Source: Octopus vulgaris (Eukaryota). From it: DNA of 64,000 nt. The stretch is from contig OX597820.1 in the NCBI GenBank assembly GCA_951406725.2, positions 69,440,001 through 69,504,000 of the forward strand, in the 5' to 3' direction. Position 1 is the stretch's first letter, and every line of letters starts with the position of its first letter. The notes beneath the pieces were generated by a model. That model worked only from the letters and a program-made list of their open reading frames with translations, was not told the origin of the DNA and made no database searches. Shown here one piece after another: positions 13,671 to 27,544 of the stretch. The position numbers and the translations under genes are program-made.

Positions 13671-16167
13671 TCGTGTGCTTTTGCTCTTTGAGTCATAGCA
13701 TATTGAAATGACGCATTTGATTTACTCTCTCTGAATTCTTCGACAACAGGAAGTGATTCCTACAGCATCACAGTAATACATTCTTGTGACAGTTTTGTCT
13801 GGTGTCGTAAACGGTGCCAGATGCAATCTCTTTAGTTAATTCTTTATTTTTTTATTTCATGTCAATCGTATATATTTAGATAATTCTTTACGTTCAGTCG
13901 TCAATGGGAAAATATATACGCCAAACAAGTAACAAACAGCTAATAGATGCGATGTTTACCACTCTTCCTCCTCCTCCTCCTCCTCCTCCTCCTCCTCTAT
14001 CTCTCTCTCTCTCTCTCTTGATGTGTGTATGCGTGTGTATGTATGTATACATGTACGTATATAGGGTTATATACATGTACATACGCATTGATGTTTGTAT
14101 GAGTATATATACACATATATGTGTGTGTGTGCATATGTTTTACACACACACATAATCACACAGAGAGATAGACAGAGAGAGTACAGAGGGAGCTTGAGGC
14201 AGACTGACTTATACAGATAGTGAGATAGCTCGCATATATTCAAAGATACAGACTCAGTGTGAGAGTTAATGTGAGACAGTGAGGAAGAGACAGAAAGAAT
14301 GTAAGACAGAGAGAAAGAGAGTGTGTCAATGAGTGAGTCAGTGAAACGAAGCATTAAAATAAGGAGAAGATTGAATAGAAACTTGCAAAACTGCAACGAA
14401 GCTAAATGGGTCTTTGTGTCTTTGTTATGTTTGTTTGTTGCTATTTACTTATAGGTTAGTAATTCCGCTATTTCTCTTCCTCTAAGAGTAGAGAGCTCGT
14501 CACACAGAATAGAGCTTGTTATAGCAAGTTCTGGCGTCCAAATTAAAGGTAAATTTATTCCTCTTTAAATGTCACATTTACTGTAGTCCATTTTATCTAT
14601 TACCTAACAAACATATCAGCCAACGTTGCTGGTGATACTGGTAAATGGTAAATGGACTGTAACTAATGCAGACAAATGTCACTATCAATGGAAATAAAAC
14701 AGAAAGAAACACTATTCGACATGAGATGAAGTGAGTGAAGGAAGTATCGGTCAAATATAATAACAGCGACAACACTGAAAATGTACAAGTGGTCAGTGTT
14801 AATGGACAGAATGCTTAACTTTCATCAGAACAGGTCAAGCGGCTTATCTGTCTGCTGTCGGTGTTCTCGATCTCGCCATATCACATCACATTTTCTCGTT
14901 TCTTCTAACAGTAGACAACTAACGCCGTCCGTCTTCTTATCCATTGGGAAATAGTTGCGAATACTAATATAATTTATATTTTCTACTTTGATAATCAATT
15001 AACTTAAATTCACATTCTAAACCCAATTAACGCTTGTGCTTGTGCGATTAGCAAGGAAAAGCATTCAGACGAATGTGTTCACATTTTAACGACATTTGTT
15101 TGTTAGACAAACAAATTCTAACCAACACCTTAGAAGATTAAACAAACCTTTTAGCTAAACAGCGTGATGTGTTTATCTCTCATGACTAGATAAGATTCAG
15201 TCGCACTTTGTAATGTTTTATAAAGATATAGTGTCCGATTGTTTCCTTTATTTTGTTTCGTCTTGGTTATTTCCTAAAGTATAAATTCCGAAGATATTCT
15301 GCGTATTATGTATCAACGAATGTCGAATGATATGTGTGTGTGATTCTATTTAAAGTATTTCAGTTTCTTAAGCGAGTAGTTTGTAAGTGGAAGTTTTAAT
15401 ACATGTGCGTTGATGAATAAATTTTTGTGAACGTATTTATATGAATGAATAGTTACTCAAGTATACAGGTTGTGTTGACATGATTCTCATGTTATACATA
15501 CATGGCATAAGTATATACATGCATATACATACACGTGTGCGTATACATACATATATACATACATACATACATACATAAATACATACATACATATATGTAT
15601 ATATTTATATATAGTAAGCATTTTTGTTTACCCCCGAACAAAAAGATATTCTCAATTCTTATAAATCTCAACCTTAATTCTTGTATCGTTACTTCGAGTT
15701 CCACATTGCCGATTATTCGAACGATTGGAGTAAGAAAGCAGCGTGAGGTATTTGAAGGAAAATATTAACAAACACCGTATCTTGCGTGTATTTTACACAT
15801 ATAGTACTGAAAATATGAAAATGTCACGTGTATATGAATTGGTGTATACATCACGTGGTCTAGAGGGAAAGAGAACCAGACAGACAGACAGACAGAGAGT
15901 ATGTTTGCATTAAAGATTATTTATTGTCACAAATCACAGCTCCAAGTTTAAACTACTTTTCCCATATCACATAAACCAGTTCAGCTCAAGCATCGTAGTT
16001 CTGTTCAAGCATCGTACGCACACATTTACAGTAGCGTACACACCTAATCCGTTATGTATTATCTCTAAAAATATAGTTCTTATTTTATTTGGAATTTCTA
16101 TCCTACAATAAGAATAAACTGTAACTGAAGAAAACAATATGCATTTTGTCCCCCTCAATTTTATATT

Positions 16168-16340
<173 letters not shown>

Positions 16341-17104
16341 AGGGCTTTATATATCGGTATGTTGTTCCTCAAAATTCTGAAGATAATTTGTATTTTGCCA
16401 TGTTAAAATACCCGGTATTCCCGTCTGAAACTCTACTTTTTAAACATTCTAATCTCTCTCTCTCCCTCTCTCTCTCTTTCTTTCTCTCTCTCCCCTTTCT
16501 CTCTCTCACTACTCTCACTCGTTCTTTCTCTTCCCCCCTCTATCACTCACTCTCTCACACTATTCTCTTTCTTTTTCTTTTTCTTTTTTCACTACTTACA
16601 TAAATACTCCGGTTTGGTTTTCCCCTGCCTTAACATACTCTACACTACATTACAACAACAGCAACAGCTCATTTATGCAGCAAAATCAATAAAATATGGA
16701 TATGATTCATGGATTTCCTACTGCTAAACATATTCCTTTCAGAATGGCATTTTTTTTTTTCTAATATTTAAAAATATCCTTCACTAGTAGGTGGTATTTC
16801 TGATTTCCATTCTTATTGTTGGTGAGCTATGGTTAAGGATAATGATTTTTTTATTAAGTGAGTATTTGTTGGTGTTTGGAATATTTCAATGCTGCAGGAA
16901 CGGATAAATTTACGTCAGATTACGTTGCGTTTAGCGTTTATTTTTATACTCATTCTTCGTTATTTATTTAGTTATTTCATTTTTATCTCATTTTCTAATG
17001 TGAAATATTTTGCTTTTCTTTGCTTATAAGAAAGATTGGTTCACCGTTTTTAAAACAAATTCATTATGTATAATCAAATTAATTCGGGATAATCTATGTT
17101 AGAT

Positions 17105-17242
17105 GGCAAAGAGGCAGAGTCGTTAGACATAAGCCAACTTGTTTTCTGCAAGGTGTTCCGGCTGTTTCTAATTTGTATTCAAACACCACCGAGCTCAACT
17201 TTGTTTCCTTGCCTTTTGGGTCGATAAAATAAAGTACCCAGC
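17105..17242 (+). mobile_element. Diverged group B SINE, 5' part
   Basis: ggcagagtcgttag...ccgagctcaactttg...gggtcgataaaataaagtaccc. Confidence 0.65.
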
Positions 17243-17659
17243 GGTTCGGATGGGTGGTGGTTAGTAGATTTAGTGTGATGACTAGTTTAAAAAAATACTT
17301 AGATGCCTTCAGCGAAGTTCACTCTGTTGTGAGCATTGCGCAAGTTTCTCGGAGACCCTGAAGATAGAGTCGTGTAAGTTACCCTTTCCTCGCTAAAACC
17401 ATCATGACTTCTAATCACACCAGCAAAATGCTCCAGTGTTCAATGTTTACTTAAAGTACCCTACTTTCATAAAAAAATATATACTGTGTTCAATACTGTT
17501 CAAGCATGGAAAACATGTGGAAACACATGGCGTTTCTTAAAGACATTTTTTCTCTCTCAACTCTTTGCTATGATTTGATCTCAAGCTGTTCACGCTTCTA
17601 CGTTTACTTCTTTTCTCCCACATCCTCCCATGATCCACTTCCGCCACCGCTCCTCTCCC

Positions 17660-17850
17660 TCTTCCCTCTTCTTCTTCTTCTTCTTCTTCTTCTTCTTCTT
17701 CTCTTGTTCTCTTCTTCTTTTTCGTCTCCTTCTTCTTCTTTTTCTTGTTTTCTTCTTCTTCGTTTTCTTCTTTGTTTTTCTTTTTCTTTTCTTCTTCTTC
17801 TTCTTCTTCTTCATCTTTGTTTTCTTCTTCTTCTTCTTCTTCTTCTTCTC
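17660..17850. repeat. Imperfect (CTT)n polypyrimidine tract
   Basis: Directly visible; source of the poly-L/F/K pseudo-ORFs. Confidence 0.95.
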
Positions 17851-18485
17851 ACCACCACCATCACCACTACCTCCTCCTTTGTAGGCCATCAAAAAGCAGA
17901 CCACGTCAAGTGTTTTAAGTGTACATGTCGGTGTGTGCCTGCTTATGGTTGTGCGTCCGTACGTACGTGCATACGTGTATGAGTGTGCACACATTCATGC
18001 GTGTATGCGTGTATGTGCGTGTGCGTATGTGTGTATACGTACGTGTATGTGAGTGTTGTTTACTTTACTAAACGTTTTCTTGTCACCAGATTCTCATCAG
18101 TGATGTTGGTGTCTGTCAGGAAGAAAGCATTTCTTAAACAGCAAATTACATTTGCCATAGCTTAGATCCCTTTTTACCATCGCCATCCTTGTTAGCTGAT
18201 CAAAGAGAATAGCCGTATCACGCCTGCAGACCGGAGATAGACTCACTGTTCAATCACTTGCACTGACCGAGCGGTAATTAGAATAAATACACACATTAGT
18301 GACGAAAGAGTAGCCAGTCACCCTTTTTTTCTTCATGTTCTTTTTCATATTACACCATAATCCCTACCATCGTTTTAGCAGTCTTTACAAGATTCACCAT
18401 TATCCCGCTTCCATCTTAAGATTTTTTTTTTAGTTTGTTTCAGTTCAAGAAAGAAAGAAATGATAAAAATCACAGACACACACTT

Positions 18486-18545
<60 letters not shown>

Positions 18546-18725
18546 GTATATATGTATGTGTGTATGTATGTATGTATGTATGTATACACGAGACACATAC
18601 ACTGATGTATACAAATTAACGCACACTTTGAGACTGGTTTACAAATCTAAAGTTCTATAACAGAAAACGCATGGCTGTATATATGTATCAATGTATGCAT
18701 GTCCGTAAGTACTCATATATACGCA

Positions 18726-18774
<49 letters not shown>

Positions 18775-18799
18775 GACTATATCTATGTATCTATCTATG

Positions 18800-18873
<74 letters not shown>

Positions 18874-19871
18874 TATATTCACAGAAAATATGGAAGGCTC
18901 ACACAAAGATCACAACCAGGATATAATAAACAAATAAACAAACAAATATATAGGTGTGTGTGTGTATTTGAGTGTGTGAGTGTGTGTGTGTGTGTGTGTG
19001 TTTGTGTGTGTTTTTGCTTGGCTATACCCCGATAGAAATAAATGCATAAACACATACACGAGTATATTACGCACACAAACACAAACACATACATAACGCA
19101 AACATACAGTAATAGACACAGCGATGTGCGCGTGCACGCCCTCATACACATTCAGACACACACACACACTCACACACTCTCGCGCCCCCACTGACTCTAA
19201 TTGTGCCACTCTAGTGCATTCAGTCATACATAACACACCGGATTTGTCAAGTTTCTTTATACTTTTGCGAGATCACTTACTTCTTTTCTAGCCTATTAAC
19301 TGATCACATGCATTGTCTCGTCACTATTAACAACTCCGTGTCGTACATGAAATACGCAGTTTCTAACTCCACCACCTCCTCATCACCACTCGCCGCCAAT
19401 ACATATACATACACACTAAAACCATAATAAAATAGCCGATCTCATTCCCCTTCCTCTCCTAACTGATGGCCACTCAGGCACCTTATTTTCGAGCCTTTGA
19501 GTACGATCATCTTGCTTTTCACACTTATCTGACGTTTACCTTTCGTACTTGACCTTTCGCACTGCAAATTTTCTACTTTCTTCTTGTACAGAAATAAAAC
19601 CTTTATCGCTGTATTTCTGGAAAGTCATTTTGGTAATAAAGTTACACGCCATGTTTGTATTTCATATCGTTATTACTCGTTAAAAACTTCTACGCGCGTT
19701 TTTAATTGAAAATTAACTTCTAAAAATATTGTAATATCATACAAAGTGACGACTTCCATGTTTCTTCCGTCTGTCCTCTGAATGACGTACATTCCTTTTC
19801 ATAAGCCTTATGGAAAGTCTTCCTCCTGTGAGCAAGTCCTTATAAATAAAATGTTAGGAAATACAGTTCAT

Positions 19872-20035
19872 CCCTTACTTGTTTCGGTCATTGGATTGCG
19901 ACCAAGTTGGGGCACCACGCTGAGGAGTTGTAATGTAAAAAAATCAATACAATTATTTTTAAAACGAACAATTATCGGTAAAGCTCTTAATGGAGGTCGG
20001 GTACAAACACCAATACGAAGACACACGCACATAGA

Positions 20036-20112
<77 letters not shown>

Positions 20113-20254
20113 CTACTGACCAGATTCGCTCGCCACGATTTGTTGGGCCCCTACTATAATTGAAGGCACTTTTCCAGAGAGCCGTGCCGTGGGGCTATAC
20201 CCGAAACTACGTAGATATAAAGCGAGTGTATTATCCACACAGCCACACTTGCGC
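19872..20254 (-). mobile_element. Old group A SINE
   Basis: Reverse-complemented tail (ttacttgtttcggtcatt), internal (TA)n(TG)n, and head (ccacacagccacacttgcgc). Confidence 0.7.
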
Positions 20255-20614
20255 TTGTCAGGTGAATGTAAACAAACGGTGCAAGCATTTCCCTTCAAAC
20301 CAAACTAGACACGAACAGAACTGTGCTTCCTATCCTGGGGTTCACAAATAAAGTATTGGAAGATCTTGAGTTTCGTTTCAGGAGATCGACCATAGACATT
20401 CCTGAGAGACACACGGGAAAATAATTTCAGTATAAGAGATCCTTTGTAGTAGAAATGTTAGAAAACATTGGTGTAGAAGATGGAATCACCTCGTGGTTGA
20501 CTTTGCTTTTTATCCGTTCATGAAACTGAATACCCGTTATGAACTGGAGTCGACACCTGATTTTGCAGTACCTGCTAAAATTGTGGACTTAAGCTAGAAT
20601 CTATTGCTGCATCT

Positions 20615-20635
20615 ACAACAACAGCAGCAACAACA

Positions 20636-20685
<50 letters not shown>

Positions 20686-20695
20686 CACCACCACC

Positions 20696-20751
<56 letters not shown>

Positions 20752-20752
20752 A
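20615..20752. repeat. Compound (CAA/CTA/CCA)n microsatellite
   Basis: Directly visible. Confidence 0.95.
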
Positions 20753-21044
20753 GCTGATGCTGCCAAATACATTTATTAGAAAGCATGTTTAATAGTTCAT
20801 TTGTACGGTTAAAATACACATAAATTTTCAAAATAAAAACATATAGAAGATATTGCAAAAATACTTAAGTATTTTTGAATTATTGGATTTATCGTGAAAT
20901 CTGAGATTCTTCATACATACATACATACATAGAGATATCTATATATATCTCTATATATATATAAATACGCATGCACTACATTTCCACACACACAAACGCA
21001 CACATATACAGGTTATAAGCTATATGAAAGTAAGCCTGTGTGCG

Positions 21045-21081
<37 letters not shown>

Positions 21082-22753
21082 ATAAACACGTACACATGTT
21101 CACATACATAAACACGTACACATGTTCACACACACACACATATACATACATATATACCTACGTACCCATCTACCTTATGCTCAGTATGTGTGTTTATATA
21201 TATATAGATGATGTCAAAAAAAAAAAAGGAGAAATCAAACACGCTCACTTAGCTTGTGTTGCTTTATCGCGCAATCTTTAAATTATCCCTATTGTCTTCC
21301 ATTGTCTTATTTCGTCTGAAATATTTCGAATCACGTTAGCTTCTTCTTTACTATCTATCTTCTGCATTTCTCTTTTAGAAATCAATTTTTACTTTTTCCA
21401 CAATTTTGCTTCCTATCCTCTTTTTAAATTGCAGTTCAACGATTTCTTATTACTGCTTTTTTTTTGTTGTTGTTAACAAATTTAATTCTTTACTTTTTTT
21501 TTATTAATTTTATTTTTGTGAAATTTCAATTTACTGTAAGTCGAGTAATAGCCACCACCACCAGAAACATATGTAATCGTTTTGCTAATCATGTAATAAG
21601 CAGGATAGCTTCCTCAGCTATTGTTTAAATGATTGCTCATATTTGAAATGACAGCCACGGGATTACTTAGAGATGCTGCTGTCGAAAACAAAGATGACTG
21701 CTTCACTTCATGCAAAATCAAGTCGGCTATTATCAATGTTAGAACACCGCCGCCATCTTTTTCTAGTCTCTTAGCGCCTAGCTCGTTTTATAGCAGCGGT
21801 CCTTTTAATGATTAAAACGTGTCGGAAATGAATGCTATTGTCGTGGAAGCGCTTTGATATCGTCTTATGCATAAAGCCGCGCTTAATTGTTGAGTGGGGT
21901 CGCTAAAGAAAATTGAACAACAACAAAGGTTAGAGTTTGGCTCAAATATGTTTCACCTCCGTCAAACCTACATCATTAGCTACATCTTATTTCTTATGAG
22001 ATTAAAGTCAACAATTAAAACTACACCGATATCGAGAGCACATCGTGTTTTCATCTTCTAAAATATTTTCCTGCATGCACGCTAAATGAGCACAAGGAGA
22101 AATTTTGAAATATTATAGCGATACCAATGTTTTATATGTTTGTTTATATTACCACTTCTGTTTCATGTATTTTACGTAGGCATGCAATTATATGTTTAAA
22201 CAACATACTATAATTGCAGCAATGCTTTGCTTTTTAACCGGCATTCAGACACAAATCAAATGTCAGATATTAATATTGATTTGCATGAAATTGTGAGCAA
22301 AAGTTTTCATATATAAACTACATCTTCATGCATCCCCAAACTATTTACAATAAATATTATCAAACATTACTTATCAAAAAAAGGTACTACACAATAAACT
22401 ATTATTAATTGGAGCCTATGAAATAAGGTCTATGCGTTGAAGGAAATACAACTTAAATTTCTCTCTAGTAATTGCTTTTAGTATTTTATGCAAAGATAGA
22501 AGATATTACTTGATATATTCCTTCGAGGAAGGGTGTTCGCAACTGGAGTGGCTTTGATCGAGAAACTATGTGGTCAAAGTTAGTTGACCTAGGGCAAAAA
22601 AATAAGACCAACAATAATCCTTATTCTTAGTAAGGGAAAGAAAGAGTGTGCGTTTGTAAAAGCATATACACATTAACATGTATATCTATGTGTTTATATA
22701 TATATGTATATATACCTGAGTAGAGAAATATATATATATATATATATACATCG

Positions 22754-22834
<81 letters not shown>

Positions 22835-23379
22835 TATAGATATACACCTGCATACAGACATGAACATCATTCATTTCAATGAATGTTTTCTTGCATTCTC
22901 TCTTGGTAGCTCATGCGGTGACATTGAGTGTTCAACCAAGGTACCGGACACTCGCTGAGTTATTCTAATGCACATGAGAAATTTAGACGGACATAGAAGG
23001 CAGGAAAACGTTGTAACATATGCCTCAGTATATTCTGTCACATACTCCGACAACACCGCCATTTTGATACCCTTAACAAGCATCGGCCCATGTCTTTATA
23101 GATGCTTTTATACATATATATTTGTACATAACTATCATAATGTGCGTATGCGTGTCTGTATACATATATATTTGTGCACCCTCCTTCGTTTTATACATAT
23201 AAATAAATGGGAATCTCCTTTCGAAGATGAGGTGTGAGTGTTCAATATTTTTGTGAACGGCCTGCACAAATGATCTTTTTAAATTGATCATATGTACCTG
23301 CTATACAATAGCTCACTTTTACTATCTAATCGACATTGTACAGGCGTGTTAGTGTGCCACACGATAGATAACGATGTGA

Positions 23380-23497
23380 TCGGAGAGCAAGATCAAAGTG
23401 TGTGTTTTGCTCAAGAATACATCGCACTGCCAGGTCTGGGCATCGAACCTACGATCGTGTGTGCAACACCTGAATCAGTAGGCCATGCGTCTTCACA
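23380..23497 (-). mobile_element. Degenerate group C SINE head/core
   Basis: gtgttttgctcaagaatacatcgc...atcgaacctacgatc is the reverse complement of the group C core and B box. Confidence 0.6.
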
Positions 23498-24637
23498 CAC
23501 ACTCATACATATTTTTACACACACACGCACACACACATATGTATATGTACATATATATGCACTCGTGCACATATAGACACACGCATAGGTTGATAATATT
23601 CATTCAGATATCTTCTTGCTGCTCAATCATTAAAGGTTCTGTTCAGATAACATAGCTATTTTGTAATGAAAATGGTGCTAAAAATACATAGTTTTAATGG
23701 TCTATCATGTAAAAATATTTTGGAATTTGGTATTTGAAATCCATTGGAAAAAGAACCTAACAACAATATAAAACGAAACAAATTACAAAATAAAAAAAAT
23801 TATCGAAACAAAAAAAAATAAGGTCTGTATAATATTCTCAATTGTATTAATATATGTTCGGCGAATAACGTCTGCTTAAGTAGTTCGCTTTTGACCCTGG
23901 CTCATGAGTGCTCTGCATTTTCCAGTTTTTCCTTGTTATTCCATGCGAATGCCTGATTGAGCTTTGCAAATCATCGCCTTCCTCTGCCAACTCTACCATC
24001 CTTTCACACTATTCCTGGTTTATGACACTTAATTGCATGAGCGTTGTTTCTGTAGTAATGGCTGCCTGTTGTCACTGCAAATGGCGACCAGTCATTGTCT
24101 CTGAGTGGATTATTTTAATGGTTGTTCAGTGGAGCGATGCTACTCCACTCTAGCGAGTTGTCACTCAACGCGAAAATCTCACTATAATGCTAGGTAATCA
24201 ACCATTGAAAATCATTGATGCATGCAGTACTTACCTGGACAGAGTGCAGAAAATGTCACCTGCCGCTCTTACACGAGCCAGCCAATGATTCGGCAATACA
24301 ACGAAGCGACGAGATGGGAAATTGAAGACGAGGAAATCAAAAAGTACAACTTAGAGATTAGAGCATAGATTGTTAGAACAATCTGTCAAGAAAATAGTGT
24401 GAATGGATCTGATATGTCAACAAGCTGCGAGACTAGCTATTCTTGAACATAAAGAACAACGCGTACATGGCTAAGTGTGGTTGATGTGTGTTAGTTATTT
24501 GCTCCGACGGCATATTGTTTGCATTTAATAACGCATGCAAATTGCGGCGCAGAAGAAAAATCTTAATCCGATGCAGTAAATAAGCTAATAATACAATTGA
24601 AACTGATAAGTTCATGACACTACGCAATTATATCTGC

Positions 24638-24680
<43 letters not shown>

Positions 24681-24811
24681 CAATTGTGTATATGATATAG
24701 AAGAAAGGTGACAATATGAGATTTAGATTTAAATGATGATGATGAGGAGGAGAAGGAGGAGGAAGAGGAGGAGGAGGAGGATGATAATATTGATAATAAT
24801 AATAAATATTT

Positions 24812-24921
24812 TAAATTTTGGTACAAGGCCAGCAATTTTAGTGGCAGTGGATTCGTCGATTACATTGACACTAGTACTAAGCTGGTACTATATTTTTGCG
24901 ACACCGAAAGGTCGACTTTGA
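24812..24921 (-). mobile_element. Group B SINE 3' part between TAA-rich tracts
   Basis: aaattttggtacaaggccagcaattt...gtcgattacattgac...ctggtact...; followed by (TAA)n at 24923-24992. Confidence 0.75.
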
Positions 24922-24922
24922 A

Positions 24923-24997
<75 letters not shown>

Positions 24998-26546
24998 TTA
25001 AAGTAAATTTTGAAAGTGAAACTATCAACATTGCAAAGTATCAAATAATCGCGGCTGCCTTGATTTTCTGTTTCATTATAAACATATTTATGAGCGGCTT
25101 ATTAATCAGAAGAATTATGCCTCAATAAAATAAATACCTTTTCCAAGGCATTACATAATTTGTCACCATCAACAATATTTATTATGAAATAGTCAACGAT
25201 GTTATATAAAGATCTACATGCTAGCTTCCATTTTAATCAGAGTTCGCAAATATATCATTCTGAAAATAAATCTGTAATCAGGAATTGTCAAATGTGATAT
25301 TTATATGCACATTCATTCACTGACTGTTGTCCAAAGATCCAGAGATCAATTATTGTGATATAAGTACCCACATGCTATTTGTTGCATCATATATGTCTAT
25401 ATGTTAGACGTTACGTGTACGTTTTCGCTAAACTTGGCCCTTTCCTTTAGATATGTGTTTTATGCGTTTAAATTAAAACACTTCCTGTTACATAATAAAA
25501 TAGTTTTCTTGTGAAGGAAGCCGCCTTTGTTCAACGGAATATTTATGAGGAAAACACAAATCACCTTCTTGATAGCGTATAAAACCGAAACAGTATATTC
25601 TTTATCTAAATGCGTTTCGTGTCTGCTGTGAAGATTTATTTGATTTACTCGGTCAAACAGATTTTCTATATAACTTATTCAAGTTCCAATCGTTACTATT
25701 AGTTTCTTTTTACTTTTATATATTCATGAAACATCATTACATCTAACAGCTATCTTCTAAGGTTAATTCCAATACATTTTCCAAATTGTATTCAGTGATA
25801 AATAGCTGCTTACATTTTCCTGAATTAACCGGAGAAATTAGTTTTGAAACGTAAAAGAGAATTCCTAAATATATTGGTTACTAAGGTCACTCAAACGTCA
25901 GTTCTAGTCTTGCAACAAACAATTTATGTTCCTCTAAATAATAAAGAAAAAGTTTTACTTTTCCTTTGAGTATTTTCTTCATTTTCAAAAGTCACTTTCT
26001 CTAACCTTGGCGTATAAAAGCTGTAATTCATGCGGTTGGTGTTATAAATTACTGAAGACTTAACTGCTGGCTGTAACTAATCCTCGTGTAATGCCACCGT
26101 AGGTGGGCCTTTTAACGAGAGCTTTTGTCATAAAACACATCATTTATGCATTACTACACGACGGGAATAAACCAATAATAACAAAAGAGAAAAGAACGAA
26201 ACGTAAAGAAAGGAAAGAATTACATAAGCCATTGAAATTAGTGATTAAAAAACACTTCCATTTAATTGTCATGCTAAATTATCAAGGAAGAATAATCAAA
26301 TCGATATGCTTATATTCTCAATCTGAGTTGTTCTTTTTGTGATCATGTTACTGGTCGTCAGTTAGCGGAAGGAATATTATTGGAGATTTATACTTCATAG
26401 AGAGAAGATATAATATGCACACACAGACACACAGATACAGACACATACACACGCGCACACACGTATGTATACTATAAATGGTTAGATGCATAAGAAGATA
26501 GGTAAGTAGACAGGTGGATCTACAAAAATATTAATATTAATAAAAT

Positions 26547-26974
26547 TAGGAGTGGCTGTATGGTTAGTAACTTGCTTACGAATGTTATGGTTCTGGGTAC
26601 AGTCCCGCTGCATGGCACCTTGGGCAAGTGTCTTCTACTAGAGCCTCGGGCCGATCAAAGCCTTGTGAGTGGATTTGGTGGACGGAAACTGAAAGAAGCC
26701 CGTCGTATATATGTATATATATGTATATATATGTATATACATATATGTGTGTATGTGTGTGTATATGATTGTTTGTGTGTCTGTGTTTGTCCCCCCAACA
26801 TCGCTTGACAACCGATGGTGGTGTGTTTACGTCCCCGTAACTTAGCGGTTCGGCAAAAGTGTCCGATAAAATAAGTACTAGGCATCCAAAGAATAAGTCC
26901 TGGGAGTCGATTTGCTCGACTAAAGGCGGTGCTCCAGCATGGCCACCGTCAAATGACTGAAACAAGTAAAAGAG
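26547..26974 (+). mobile_element. Full-length group A SINE
   Basis: Head taggagtggctgtatgg...gggtacagtccc, core, internal microsatellite, tail ggcggtgctccagcatggcc...gactgaaacaagtaaaagag. Confidence 0.92.
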
Positions 26975-27390
26975 TGAATATGCAGATAAAGATATTTCTT
27001 AATTACTATAAAAATAAATAGCTGAATTAAAATGAAACATTATCTGTCAAAGTAGTTTTGACAAAAAGAAGGATTTCAAACGAATTTTTTGAACTTCCTT
27101 ATTTGTCATTTATGCTTTAACAAAATGTTTTCAAATAGGCTCTGTTACACCATGAAATTTCCACGTTTCCCGGTATTTAAGAATTAATTCCATAAAATTA
27201 ATTTACATACTGAGGGGAACATCTAATATTATTTTGAAGTTAAGGAGATGACTCTTAACTGCGAACAGATATTTTTCAATAACATTGAATTTCATCAACA
27301 TGTCTAACAAGGTATGCCATCTCTCCCGCTCTTTCGCTCTTTCTCTCTATGTATATTTATTTATATGTCTGCCCGTCTGTTTCTCTCTGA

Positions 27391-27492
<102 letters not shown>

Positions 27493-27493
27493 T

Positions 27494-27544
<51 letters not shown>

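Noticed and set aside
20370-20400. tttcag|gagat cryptic acceptor resembling that of the 35409 exon (mutually exclusive exon?)
   Set aside because: In-frame TAG after three codons and no AP-2 similarity.
24228-24238. tacttacctgg resembling the U1 snRNA 5' end, or a perfect minus-strand donor CAG|GTAAGTA
   Set aside because: The match stops after 11 nt with no U1 body; no supportable antisense exon or partner exons.
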